From Actinomycetota bacterium (lineage in GTDB: Bacteria > Actinomycetota > UBA4738 > CALAEC01): a stretch of 64,000 bases of DNA. This document shows, in pieces, positions 8,787-17,945 of the stretch; position 1 is the first letter of the stretch, and each line of letters starts with the position of its first letter. The stretch is taken from contig DASYUI010000015.1 in NCBI GenBank assembly GCA_036001425.1, forward strand, positions 9,520 to 73,519, given 5' to 3'. The notes under the pieces were generated by a model. It saw only the letters and a program-made list of their open reading frames with translations, was not told the origin of the DNA and searched no databases. The position numbers were made by a program, and so were the translations under genes.

Positions 8787-10180
8787 GACGACGGCCCCTT
8801 CTTATCGGGGGCGATCACGAGGGCCACATCGGCGCCGGCGAGCAGTCTGGCCCGGGCCTCGCGCTGCGGCAGATCGGGGAAGTATCCCGACAAGGTCTGG
8901 GCCCGGTTCTCAGCGCGGGCGCGGAAGAGTATCGCGTTCTCGTCGAGGGCACGCGGGGCCTGGCGGATCCCCAGAACGATGAAGCCCGCCCGGCGCAATC
9001 GGCTTTCCGCCTCCGCGGCAGCTTCCGGCGCGCCCGCGTCGAGCACCCACACCTCGATCACGCCCGGGGAGACGTCGGTGAGGGCCTGCACGATCCCCAG
9101 CCCTCTGAGGGGCCTCCCGAGATCGAGGGCTCGGAAGAGGTTCCGTGTCTCGGGTTGCTCCGCGATGACGTATGAGACGCCGTCGATGTCCCGGGGCACA
9201 GATGGCACGACCCGTAGGTCCACGGTCCTCGCACCGGTGGGATCAAGCTGAGCCAGCTCCCGGAGCTTTCCCCCCAGGAACAGGATCTCGGCTCCGGAAA
9301 GCCCCTTGTCCGTGGTGACGTTCTCGGTGGCCAACCGGACCAGGCTGGGCAGGCGAACCAGGGAATTCACGGAGAGCAGCCTGTTGAGGAGGGCCCGGAT
9401 GAACTGCTGCTGGCGGGCGATGCGCGCGAAGTCGGGGATGATGTCCCCCTCGACGTGACGGGCCCGCACGAACGCCAGGGCCGTGTCCCCGTCGAACCGG
9501 TAGCACCCCGCCTTGGGGATGCGGAGCTCCGCGAGCTCGTCGAACATCGGGCGGTCCACGCAGATACGCACACGGCCCAGGGCGTTCACCAGCCGCTCGA
9601 AACCGACGAAGTCCACCTCGAGGTAGTGGTGGATGTCCAGGCCCGTGAACCGCTGGATGGTCCGAACCATGAGCCGCGGCCCACCCAAGTGAAAGGCCTC
9701 GTTGATCTTGCCCTCGCCGTGCCCGGGGATCTCCACCCTGAGATCTCTTGGGAAGTGCACCAGGACAGCCTTGTTCCTCGCCGGGTCGAAGTGGGCGAGG
9801 ATGATCGTGTCCGACCTCTCCCCCTCCACGTCCTCGGGCCCGCCCTTGGTGGCCTGCTCCTCCTCCGACAGTCGGGCCCGGCTGTCGCTTCCCAGGACCA
9901 GCACGTTCATGGGCTTGCCCGGGGCGGGCGGCGGCCCCGTGCCTGCGTCGACCCGAGTGACGTTCTGCTCGACGTATTTGACGAGCCAGATCCCGGCCAC
10001 CGCGCCCACGGCCAGGAGCGCCGCCAGCGTGCCGGCCACGGCGAACCCCACCTGTCGGAGGATGAACCGCCGCCGAGACGGGGGGCCCTCGCCTCCGTCT
10101 CCACGTCCCCTCCTCGGTGTCAGCGAGCGCTCCGGCGTCGCCGCCCGGGTGGCTTCGGCCGTAGGCTTAGGGTCGGTCAT
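8783..10180 (-). CDS. LytR-CpsA-Psr (LCP) family cell-wall glycopolymer ligase with C-terminal LytR_C-like domain
   Basis: 465 aa with an N-terminal TM helix. LCP core NVLVLGSDSR...RSDTIILAHFDP...FPRDLRVEIPG...INEAF. GTGA overlap with the rmlA start. Confidence 0.85.
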   Translation of the reverse strand: MTDPKPTAEATRAATPERSLTPRRGRGDGGEGPPSRRRFILRQVGFAVAGTLAALLAVGAVAGIWLVKYVEQNVTRVDAGTGPPPAPGKPMNVLVLGSDSRARLSEEEQATKGGPEDVEGERSDTIILAHFDPARNKAVLVHFPRDLRVEIPGHGEGKINEAFHLGGPRLMVRTIQRFTGLDIHHYLEVDFVGFERLVNALGRVRICVDRPMFDELAELRIPKAGCYRFDGDTALAFVRARHVEGDIIPDFARIARQQQFIRALLNRLLSVNSLVRLPSLVRLATENVTTDKGLSGAEILFLGGKLRELAQLDPTGARTVDLRVVPSVPRDIDGVSYVIAEQPETRNLFRALDLGRPLRGLGIVQALTDVSPGVIEVWVLDAGAPEAAAEAESRLRRAGFIVLGIRQAPRALDENAILFRARAENRAQTLSGYFPDLPQREARARLLAGADVALVIAPDKKGPSS

Positions 10181-10245
10181 GATCGAAGCAAGGTTACCGG
10201 GTACCGGGTCCAGGCGGTGACGACAGGCACGAACGGGGCGCCGGG

Positions 10246-12189
10246 ATGACCCAGACCCCGACAGTGTGGCGCCCCAGTCACGACTACCTCGAGCGGGCCA
10301 ACGTGACCAGGTTCATGCGGGCTCACGGCATCGAGACGTACGAGGACCTGATCCGCCGGTCGCGGGAGGACATCGAGTGGTTCTGGGCCGCGGTCGTCGA
10401 GGATCTCGGCATCGAGTTCTTCACGCCGTGGGAACGGGTCCTCGACACCAGCGACGGGATCCCCTGGGCGAAGTGGTTCGTCGGCGGCACCACCAACCTC
10501 GCCCACAACTGCGTGGACAAGTGGGCCGAGCGGACACCGGACGCGGTAGCGGTCATCTGGGAGGGAGAGGACGGGGCGGTTCGGCGCGTGACCTACGTGG
10601 AGCTCCGGGAGATGGCCGACCGGCTTGCCGCCGGGCTTCGCTCGCTGGGCGTGGGCCGCGGCGATGCGGTGGGCATCTTCTTGCCCATGGCTCCGGAGAC
10701 CGTGGCCGCCACCCTAGCCACTGCGAAGCTCGGCGCGGTCTACCTCCCGATCTTTTCGGGGTACGCGCCCGATGCGGTGGCGGCCCGGCTCGCCGACGCC
10801 GACGCCAAGGTGCTCCTCACGGCCGATGGGTTCCTTCGGCGGGGCCAGGCGGTACGGATGAAGGAGGTCGCCGATGCGGCGGCCGACCAGGTGTCGTCGG
10901 TGAAGCACGTCGTGACGTGGCGGCGCCTCGGCCGCGGCGACGTTCCGTCCGGCGAGCGCGACGTTGACTGGGAGGAGCTGTGCGCAGGACAGCCCGGCCG
11001 GTTCGAGACCGTTCCGCTCGACACCGAGCATCCCCTGTTCGTCGCGTACACGAGCGGGACGACCGGCCGGCCGAAAGGCTCGGTCCATGTCCACGGGGGG
11101 TTCACGGTGAAGATCGCGGAGGAGGTCGCGTACCAGACGGACCTCCACCGGGGCGAGATCCTCTTCTGGGTCACGGACCTGGGGTGGATCATGGGCCCGT
11201 GGGAGATCGTGGGCGCCGGCGCGCTCGGCGCCGCGGTCTTCCTCTACGAAGGTGCGCCCAACCATCCCGAGCCCGACCGCATCTGGTCCATCGTCGAACG
11301 ACACGGGATCACGACCCTCGGCGTCTCCCCCACCCTGATCCGGGCGCTCATCCCGGCCGGTGACGAGTGGGTCGAAAAGCACGACCTTTCCTCGCTCCGC
11401 ATCATCGGCTCGACCGGCGAGCCCTGGAATCCCGAACCGTACCTGTGGCTGTTCGAGAAGGTCGGCGGGGGCCGGTGCCCGATCATCAACATCTCCGGAG
11501 GAACGGAGGTGGGCGCGTGCTTTCTGTCCCCGCTCCCGATCACGGACCTGAAGCCGTGCACGTTGCGAGGGCCCGCCCTGGGGATGGCCGTGGAGGTATG
11601 GGGCCCCGACGGGACACCGGTGCCCCGGGGCGAGGTCGGCGAGCTCGTGTGCACCAAGCCGTGGCCCGCCATGACCCGAGGGATCTGGCGCGACCCCGAC
11701 CGCTACCTCGAGACCTACTGGTCGCGGTTCCCGGACGTGTGGGTCCACGGCGACTGGGCCTCGATCGACGAGGACGGCTTCTGGTTCCTCCACGGGCGCT
11801 CCGACGACACCATCAAGGTCGCCGGAAAGCGGGTCGGCCCGGCGGAGGTGGAATCCGCACTCGTCGATCACCCCGCGGTGGCCGAGTCCGCCGCTGTCGG
11901 CGTTCCCCACGAGGTCAAGGGCGAGACCATCTGGTGCTTTGTGGTGACCAAGCCCGGCAGCGCCACGGACGACACCCTGGGCGCCGAGCTCAAGCAGGTC
12001 GTCGCCGCCCACCTGGGGAAGGCCTTCACCCCGGCGCGGATCGTGTTCGTCGACGAGCTACCGAGGACCCGCTCCGCGAAGATCCTCCGCCGGGCCATCC
12101 GGGCCACAGTGGCGGGCGAGGACCCCGGTGACCTTTCGAGCCTGGAGAACCCCATCGCGATCGAGAAGATCCGGGCGGCGGTGGACTGA
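10246..12189 (+). CDS. AMP-forming acyl-CoA synthetase, acetyl-CoA synthetase family
   Basis: 647 aa. AMP-binding motif YTSGTTGRPKG. C-terminal PRTRSAKILRR corresponds to the regulatory Lys region of Acs enzymes. Substrate not assignable from sequence alone. Confidence 0.85.
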   Translation: MTQTPTVWRPSHDYLERANVTRFMRAHGIETYEDLIRRSREDIEWFWAAVVEDLGIEFFTPWERVLDTSDGIPWAKWFVGGTTNLAHNCVDKWAERTPDAVAVIWEGEDGAVRRVTYVELREMADRLAAGLRSLGVGRGDAVGIFLPMAPETVAATLATAKLGAVYLPIFSGYAPDAVAARLADADAKVLLTADGFLRRGQAVRMKEVADAAADQVSSVKHVVTWRRLGRGDVPSGERDVDWEELCAGQPGRFETVPLDTEHPLFVAYTSGTTGRPKGSVHVHGGFTVKIAEEVAYQTDLHRGEILFWVTDLGWIMGPWEIVGAGALGAAVFLYEGAPNHPEPDRIWSIVERHGITTLGVSPTLIRALIPAGDEWVEKHDLSSLRIIGSTGEPWNPEPYLWLFEKVGGGRCPIINISGGTEVGACFLSPLPITDLKPCTLRGPALGMAVEVWGPDGTPVPRGEVGELVCTKPWPAMTRGIWRDPDRYLETYWSRFPDVWVHGDWASIDEDGFWFLHGRSDDTIKVAGKRVGPAEVESALVDHPAVAESAAVGVPHEVKGETIWCFVVTKPGSATDDTLGAELKQVVAAHLGKAFTPARIVFVDELPRTRSAKILRRAIRATVAGEDPGDLSSLENPIAIEKIRAAVD

Positions 12190-12199
12190 GAGGAAGGCG

Positions 12200-12616
12200 G
12201 TGGCAGGGGGACGGCGGGAGATCGAGGTCGGCGGGGGCGCGCCGTGGCTCGTGTTCATCGAGCTGGAGGCGGACCGCGAGTACCTCGCTCTCGTCACGTA
12301 CTTCCTCCTGAAGTCCTTGTGGAGGCTTCCCAGGTTCGTGCGGCTCACCCTGGCCGTACGCCGCCAGCTCGCCGATGGGCCGCGAGGCCTGGTCGGCTAC
12401 TCCATGACGGCCAAGCCGCTCCGACGGTTCTGGACCATGTCGGCCTGGGAGAGCGAGAAGGACTTGAGGAGCTTCATCCGCACGCTCCCGCACGCACGGG
12501 CCGTGGTCGAGCTCCCGCAAAGCATGGAGAAGTTCGATGCGCAGCGCTGGCGGGCCAGGGGGAAGGAGCTTCCGCCAACGTGGGAGGAGGCGCTGCGCCA
12601 CCTCCCGGGGGCCTAG
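12200..12616 (+). CDS. small hypothetical protein, DUF3291/ABM-fold-like
   Basis: Trimmed to GTG at 12200, preceded by AGGAAGG. The segment WTMSAWESEKDLRSFIRTLPHARAV resembles DUF3291-type proteins. Assignment from memory only. Confidence 0.4.
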   Translation: MAGGRREIEVGGGAPWLVFIELEADREYLALVTYFLLKSLWRLPRFVRLTLAVRRQLADGPRGLVGYSMTAKPLRRFWTMSAWESEKDLRSFIRTLPHARAVVELPQSMEKFDAQRWRARGKELPPTWEEALRHLPGA

Positions 12617-13308
12617 CCGGTGACGAACCGCGCGTACAGCGACTCGGCCCGGGCCCGCGCCCCGGACAGCGCGGGATGCCGGTACCGCTCGCGGAGCTCG
12701 TCCTTGAGCCGAAGGCGGCGCTCCGAGGGCCGGGGGACGATCCGCTCGAAACGCTCTCCCGGAGGATCACGCGTGAGGTAGTCCTCTTCGATCTCGGCCA
12801 TGACCCGGGCCGCGTTTTCCTCGGTGTGCTCGAATCGAACGAAGCTCGTGCTGTAGCGTTGGTTGATCCGATCGATCACCTTCCCGAAGTCTTCGATCGC
12901 TTCGTCGAACGTGGCCGTCACGAACCGGTCCCGGGCCGGCAGGAGCGGACGGTAGAAGCGGTCGAACCCCGTCAACGCCTGGGAGATCGGGATCTCCGGG
13001 TTCCGGATCACGAGCGAGAGGACCGAGTCCTCCGGCCTTCGGATGAGGAGGAGCGCGGGAATCTCCCACCGGACCGCCACCATCACCTGGGCGGGGGCGT
13101 GCACATGGTGCGCCACCTTGACCGGCCGTCCCTGGGCCCGCCGGAAGGCCGCCACCGCGAAAGAAGAACCCGTACGGGGGAACCCTTCGATCACGATCTC
13201 GGTATCCCGGGACACGACTTCGCCGTGTCCCCTCCGGAGCCGGGCGACGGGAAGGGCCAGGGGCGGGTATCGGGCGACGAGGGTCTTCAGGTGGTAGAGG
13301 ACTCCCAT
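12613..13308 (-). CDS. sulfotransferase-family-like protein
   Basis: 231 aa. IEGFPRTGSSF resembles the 5'-PSB loop (PKxGTT/PRSGSS) of PAPS-dependent sulfotransferases. No other diagnostic motif checked. Confidence 0.45.
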   Translation of the reverse strand: MGVLYHLKTLVARYPPLALPVARLRRGHGEVVSRDTEIVIEGFPRTGSSFAVAAFRRAQGRPVKVAHHVHAPAQVMVAVRWEIPALLLIRRPEDSVLSLVIRNPEIPISQALTGFDRFYRPLLPARDRFVTATFDEAIEDFGKVIDRINQRYSTSFVRFEHTEENAARVMAEIEEDYLTRDPPGERFERIVPRPSERRLRLKDELRERYRHPALSGARARAESLYARFVTG

Positions 13309-13327
13309 GTCCCCGGCCGCGGCCCGC

Positions 13328-13852
13328 TCAGGACCCGCCCTCGCCCGCGGGGGCCCGGGCCTGGTCGATGGCCCGCTTCCGGGCCAGCCGGGCCTCGCGG
13401 CGGAGCCCCGCCTCCTTCTGGCGCTGCCGCTCCTCGTCCGTCTCGGCCAGAAGCGGCGGCACCGGACGGGGCTTCCCCTGGTCGTCGATGGCCACGAACA
13501 CCAGGTACGCGCTGGAGGTGTGGACCTTCCGTCCTGTGGCCACGTTCTCCGCCTCGACGCGCACGCCCACCTCCATCGACGTGTGAAACGCCTCGTTCAC
13601 CGACGCCTTCACCGTGACGACCTCGCCGAGGTAGACGGGCTCAATGAACGTCATCTCGTCCATGGCCGCGGTGACGGCGAGTCCACCGCAGTGCTTGGCT
13701 GCCGCCAGGCCTGCAGCGGTGTCGACCATCTTCATGATGGAGCCGCCGTGGACATTCCCGGCGATGTTGGAGTCCGTCACTTCCATCTGCCGGGACAGGG
13801 TCACGTGAGAAGCCGAGGGCGGCTTGGGCGTGAGGTCGGGGTCCATGGCCAC
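13328..13852 (-). CDS. acyl-CoA thioesterase (hotdog fold, YciA/BFIT-like)
   Basis: 174 aa. NIAGNVHGGSIMKMVDTAAGLAA...MDEMTFIEPVYLGEVV is the typical acyl-CoA hydrolase hotdog core. Confidence 0.8.
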   Translation of the reverse strand: MAMDPDLTPKPPSASHVTLSRQMEVTDSNIAGNVHGGSIMKMVDTAAGLAAAKHCGGLAVTAAMDEMTFIEPVYLGEVVTVKASVNEAFHTSMEVGVRVEAENVATGRKVHTSSAYLVFVAIDDQGKPRPVPPLLAETDEERQRQKEAGLRREARLARKRAIDQARAPAGEGGS

Positions 13853-13889
13853 CTCGAGGCTATCAGGGCCTCTGGGTAGAGGACACTGA

Positions 13890-13919
13890 TTGACCCGCTC
13901 CGGGCGGACGGCTCATACT
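13890..13919 (+). promoter_or_regulatory. candidate sigma-70-type promoter for the phosphoesterase gene
   Basis: TTGACC (13890-13895), an 18-nt spacer, then CATACT (13914-13919), ~35 nt upstream of the GTG at 13954. Pattern match only. Confidence 0.3.
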
Positions 13920-13953
13920 GGCCCACCCGCCAGCTACAGGGAAGACGACGACC

Positions 13954-15477
13954 GTGCCGGACGATCCCCCCGAGAGGCCGCCCCGATCCCAGCGGGGCCG
14001 CCATCGGGACGACGCTCCCCATCGGCCGCCCCTGCCCTCCACGCGGGGGCGACACCGCAAACAGAGCCGGTACCGGCGGGGCTCCATCCTCATCCTCCTG
14101 GCCGCGGTCGCCGTGGTCCTGGCGTGGCCGCTCCGGCCGGACGGCGCCCGGGCACCGCAGCCCACCGAGCCGGACTCTGCGGCGGACGATCGGAGTCCGG
14201 ACGGCCCGGAACCATCGGTCGCCCCGACGGAGGGCCCGATCCCGATCAAACACATCATCTTCATGATCAAGGAGAACCGGTCCTTCGATAACTACTTCGG
14301 GCGATACCCGGGTGCCCATGGAGCCACGACCGGAAAGACCATCGACGACAGAGTCGTCCCGCTACGCACAGCGCCGGACATCTATCCGCACGACATCGCT
14401 CACGGCTTCGCCGCCGGCCTCTTCGCCATCAACGGCGGGAAGATGAACGGCTTCGATACCATCCTCTACGGTGACGACTTGACGGGATACACGCAGTTCG
14501 GGCAGGAGGGCATCCCCAACTACTGGCGGTACGCTGATCGATTCGTTCTGTCGGACCACTTCTTCACCTCCATGTACGGCCCGACCTTCCCGGAGCACCT
14601 CTACACAGTGGCCGCTGACGCGAGGGACATCGTCGACAACAAGAAGACGGTCGATCATCCCGGCAACTACTGCGACGACCCCTTCGAATACACGACACAC
14701 TTTCAGGACGGCCTGATCGAGAGAGAGATCCGCCACATCATGCGGGTCGAGGAACGTCCGATGGGACAGTTTCCCTATCTGCTCGCGGAGATCGCGCCAT
14801 TCTGGGAGACCATCCGTACCTGTCTCGACATGAAGGTTCTCCCCGACCAACTCGAGAAGAAAGGGATCAGCTGGAGGTACTACGCGGAGACGGACCAGTG
14901 GATGAACGCGCTCCAGGCCGTGCGCCACGTGCGGTTCGGACCGATGTGGCGGAAGGTACAGTCGCCCGAGCGGTTCCTCATGGACGTGAAGAGGGGGCGG
15001 CTCCCCAAGGTCTCCTGGCTCGTCCCGCCCGAGTCTCACAACGAACACCCTGGTGGCGGACGCAGCGTCTGCGCCGGGGAGAACTGGACCGTGCAGCAGA
15101 TCAACTCCGTTATGAGGAGCAAGGTCTGGAAGAGCACGGCCATCGTGATCGTCTGGGACGACTTCGGCGGCTTCTACGACCACATGAAGCCGCCCCACTA
15201 CGACATCATGGGGCTCGGGCCGCGGACGCCGGCCCTGATCATCTCTCCCTGGACGAGGCAGGGGGACAATCCGCGGGGCGGTTTCATCGACCACACCACA
15301 TATGAGTTCTCGTCGGTGCTGGCGTTCATCGAGGAGGTGTTCGAGCTACACCCGATGACGAAGCGGGACGCTCAAGCCGACCCGCTATCGGGAGCGTTCG
15401 ACTTCGACTCCCCGCCGCGGCTGAAGAAACTCGTGCTTCCCCTGCGGGACGACTGTCCGTACGGGCTGCCGTACTGA
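13954..15477 (+). CDS. phosphoesterase family protein (phospholipase C / AcpA acid phosphatase family), membrane-anchored
   Basis: 507 aa. Basic N-terminus plus a TM helix, then [23 protein letters not shown], the hallmark start of the PF04185 phosphoesterase family. Confidence 0.8.
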   Translation: MPDDPPERPPRSQRGRHRDDAPHRPPLPSTRGRHRKQSRYRRGSILILLAAVAVVLAWPLRPDGARAPQPTEPDSAADDRSPDGPEPSVAPTEGPIPIKHIIFMIKENRSFDNYFGRYPGAHGATTGKTIDDRVVPLRTAPDIYPHDIAHGFAAGLFAINGGKMNGFDTILYGDDLTGYTQFGQEGIPNYWRYADRFVLSDHFFTSMYGPTFPEHLYTVAADARDIVDNKKTVDHPGNYCDDPFEYTTHFQDGLIEREIRHIMRVEERPMGQFPYLLAEIAPFWETIRTCLDMKVLPDQLEKKGISWRYYAETDQWMNALQAVRHVRFGPMWRKVQSPERFLMDVKRGRLPKVSWLVPPESHNEHPGGGRSVCAGENWTVQQINSVMRSKVWKSTAIVIVWDDFGGFYDHMKPPHYDIMGLGPRTPALIISPWTRQGDNPRGGFIDHTTYEFSSVLAFIEEVFELHPMTKRDAQADPLSGAFDFDSPPRLKKLVLPLRDDCPYGLPY

Positions 15478-15486
15478 GGAAGCGGC

Positions 15487-16647
15487 TCAGTCGCCGAGCG
15501 AGCCGAGCAGCTGTCGGGCGATGACCACCCGCTGGATCTGGTTCGTGCCCTCGTAGATCTGGGTGATCTTTGCGTCGCGCATCATCCGCTCCACGCCGTA
15601 CTCGCGCATGTAGCCGTAGCCACCGAGGATCTGCACAGCGTCCGTGGTGACCTTCATGGCGGTGTCGGACGCGAAGCACTTGGCCACCGCGGCGAAGTAC
15701 GTCATCTTCGGGTCCTGGGCGTCGCAGAGGCTGGCCGCCTTGTAGGTGACGAGCCGAGCCGCCTCGATCTCCATGGCCATGTCGGCCAGCATGAACTGGA
15801 TCCCCTGGAACGAGCCGATCTTCTGGCCGAACTGCTCGCGTTCCTGCGCGTAGCCGGCCGCCGCGTCGAAGGCGCCCTGGGCGATCCCCAGGGCCTGGGC
15901 GGCAATGGTCGGACGGGAATAGTCCAGGGTGCGCATGGCGTAGGAGAAGCCCTTGCCCGCCTCACCGATCAGACGCTCCTCGGGGACCAACACACTTTCT
16001 AGATATACCTCCCGTGTGGGCGAGCCCCGGATGCCCATCTTCTTCTCGGACTTGCCCACGGAGAACCCCTCGTCATCGGCGTACACGACGAACGCCGAGA
16101 TGCCCTTCGAGCCGAGCTCGGGATCCTCCGTCGCGAACACCGTGTAGCGATCGGAGGCCCCGGCTCCGGTGATGAACCGCTTCGTCCCGGAGAGGCGGAA
16201 GCCATCATCCACCTTCTCGTAGCGGGTTCGCATCGAGCCGGCATCGGAGCCGGCGCCCGGCTCGGTGAGGGCGTACGACATCTGGTGCTCGCCCCGGGAG
16301 ATGCTCCCGAACAGGTCTCCCTTGAGGTCGTCGGACCCCGCGAGCAGGAGGGGGATGGCTCCCAGCCGGTTCACCAGCGGGATGAGGGACGCCGACGCCG
16401 ACACACGGGAGATCTCCTCGACCATGACCGCCACCGTCAGTGACCCGCCACCGGCGCCACCGAATTCTTCCGGGTATCCGACCGCCATGAGCTCGTTCTC
16501 GACAAAGAGCTTGTGGACGTCCCAGGGGAATTCGTCCTGCTCGTCGATCTCAGCGGCTCGCGGAGCGACCTTCTCCTCGCACAGTTCCCGGACGGCCTTG
16601 CGGAACGTCTCCAGATCCTCCGGGAGGGCGAAGGGCTGCTCGCTCAC
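15487..16647 (-). CDS. acyl-CoA dehydrogenase
   Basis: Trimmed to GTG at 16647 (VSEQPFALPEDLETFRKAV...). The upstream part of the 658-aa track ORF overlaps the thiolase gene. C-terminal QILGGYGYMREYGVERMMRDAKITQIYEGTNQIQ is a classic ACAD signature. Confidence 0.9.
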   Translation of the reverse strand: MSEQPFALPEDLETFRKAVRELCEEKVAPRAAEIDEQDEFPWDVHKLFVENELMAVGYPEEFGGAGGGSLTVAVMVEEISRVSASASLIPLVNRLGAIPLLLAGSDDLKGDLFGSISRGEHQMSYALTEPGAGSDAGSMRTRYEKVDDGFRLSGTKRFITGAGASDRYTVFATEDPELGSKGISAFVVYADDEGFSVGKSEKKMGIRGSPTREVYLESVLVPEERLIGEAGKGFSYAMRTLDYSRPTIAAQALGIAQGAFDAAAGYAQEREQFGQKIGSFQGIQFMLADMAMEIEAARLVTYKAASLCDAQDPKMTYFAAVAKCFASDTAMKVTTDAVQILGGYGYMREYGVERMMRDAKITQIYEGTNQIQRVVIARQLLGSLGD

Positions 16648-16664
16648 GAACCCGCTCCTCGGGA

Positions 16665-17849
16665 TCAGGTGGGCCGGCGGACGATCAGGGCATCGCCCTG
16701 TCCGCCCCCACCACACAGAGCGGCGCCGCCGAGGTCCACGCCGCGACGGCGCATCTCGTAGGCGAGGGTGAGGACCAACCGGGCGCCGGTCATCCCGATG
16801 GGGTGCCCCAGCGCCACGGCGCCGCCGTTCACGTTGACGATCTCCTCGTCGAGGCCGAGCATCCGGCTCGCGTGGAGCGACACCGACGCGAACGCCTCGT
16901 TGATCTCGACGAGCCCGAGGTCCGACGCGGAGGCCCCCGCCTTCTTCAGCGCCCGTTCCATGGCGATGGCCGGGACGGTGTGGAGGTAGGGGAACCGCTC
17001 GGCGCTCATCCCGTGCGCCACGATCTCGACGATCGGTTCGATGCCCAGCGCCTCGGCCCGCTCCCGGCTCATCACCACGACCGCCGCTCCGCCGTCGGAG
17101 ATCTGAGAAGCGTTCCCTGCCGTGATGGTCCCATCGTCGCCGAACGCAGGCTTGAGCCTGGACAGGGACTCCGCAGTGGTGTCGGGACGGATCCCCTCGT
17201 CGCGCTCGACGCGGGCGGGGTCGCCCTTGGGCCGCGGCGCCTCGACGGCAACGCTCTCCTCCGCGAGCCGACCCTCTTCCCACGCCGCGTGGGCCCGCTG
17301 GTGCGAGCGCGCCGCCCAGGCGTCCTGCTCCTCGCGACCGATGCCCAGCTCGTTGTTCACCTCGTCCGAGGACGCTCCCATCGACTCGCCGGTGAACGTG
17401 GAATGCAGCCCGTCGTAGAGCATGGCGTCCACGATCTCGGTGTTCCCGAGCCGCGCTCCCCACCTGGCATTGGGGAGGAGGTAGGGGGCGTCGCTCATCG
17501 ACTCGAACCCACCTGCCACCGCCACCTCGATCTCCCCCGCTCTGATCAGCTGGTCGGCCAAGGCGATCGCGTTCAGGCCGGAGAGGCAGACCTTGTTGAT
17601 CGTGACCGCCGGGACCTCCTTGGGGATCCCGGCCTTGATGGCCGCCTGGCGAGCCGTGATCTGGCCGGCCCCGGCCTGGATCACGTGGCCCATGAGCACG
17701 TAGTCGACCTGGTCGCGAGGGACGGCAACACGGGCCAGGGCCTCACGGATGGCGGCGGCCCCGAGGTCGACCGCCGGAACGTCCCGGAAGCCGCCGCCGA
17801 ACCTGCCGATCGGCGTCCGGGCCCCGGCCACGATGACGGAGGTGCTCAC
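16665..17849 (-). CDS. acetyl-CoA C-acetyltransferase (degradative/biosynthetic thiolase)
   Basis: 394 aa with all canonical catalytic residues: NKVCLSGL (nucleophile Cys), GHPIGMTGARL (His), ALCGGGGQG (second Cys). Confidence 0.9.
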   Translation of the reverse strand: MSTSVIVAGARTPIGRFGGGFRDVPAVDLGAAAIREALARVAVPRDQVDYVLMGHVIQAGAGQITARQAAIKAGIPKEVPAVTINKVCLSGLNAIALADQLIRAGEIEVAVAGGFESMSDAPYLLPNARWGARLGNTEIVDAMLYDGLHSTFTGESMGASSDEVNNELGIGREEQDAWAARSHQRAHAAWEEGRLAEESVAVEAPRPKGDPARVERDEGIRPDTTAESLSRLKPAFGDDGTITAGNASQISDGGAAVVVMSRERAEALGIEPIVEIVAHGMSAERFPYLHTVPAIAMERALKKAGASASDLGLVEINEAFASVSLHASRMLGLDEEIVNVNGGAVALGHPIGMTGARLVLTLAYEMRRRGVDLGGAALCGGGGQGDALIVRRPT

Positions 17850-17945
17850 GACGGCTCCCTTCGCGGGTGACGTGCCTTCTACGAGACCATTCTACCGGCG
17901 GTCCGGGGACCGCCCGCCGGCGGCAGCGGTTTCGTGTCGGTCCCG

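Noticed and set aside
16648-17463. N-terminal extension of ORF 15487..17463. The same problem affects 30021..31670, 30872..32107, 46060..49149, 46570..48729, 5198..6169 and 6233..7366.
   Set aside because: The extensions overlap well-supported neighbouring genes or repeat elements and are Arg/Gly/Pro-rich. Each was trimmed to the start codon that fits the homologous N-terminus and the operon spacing.
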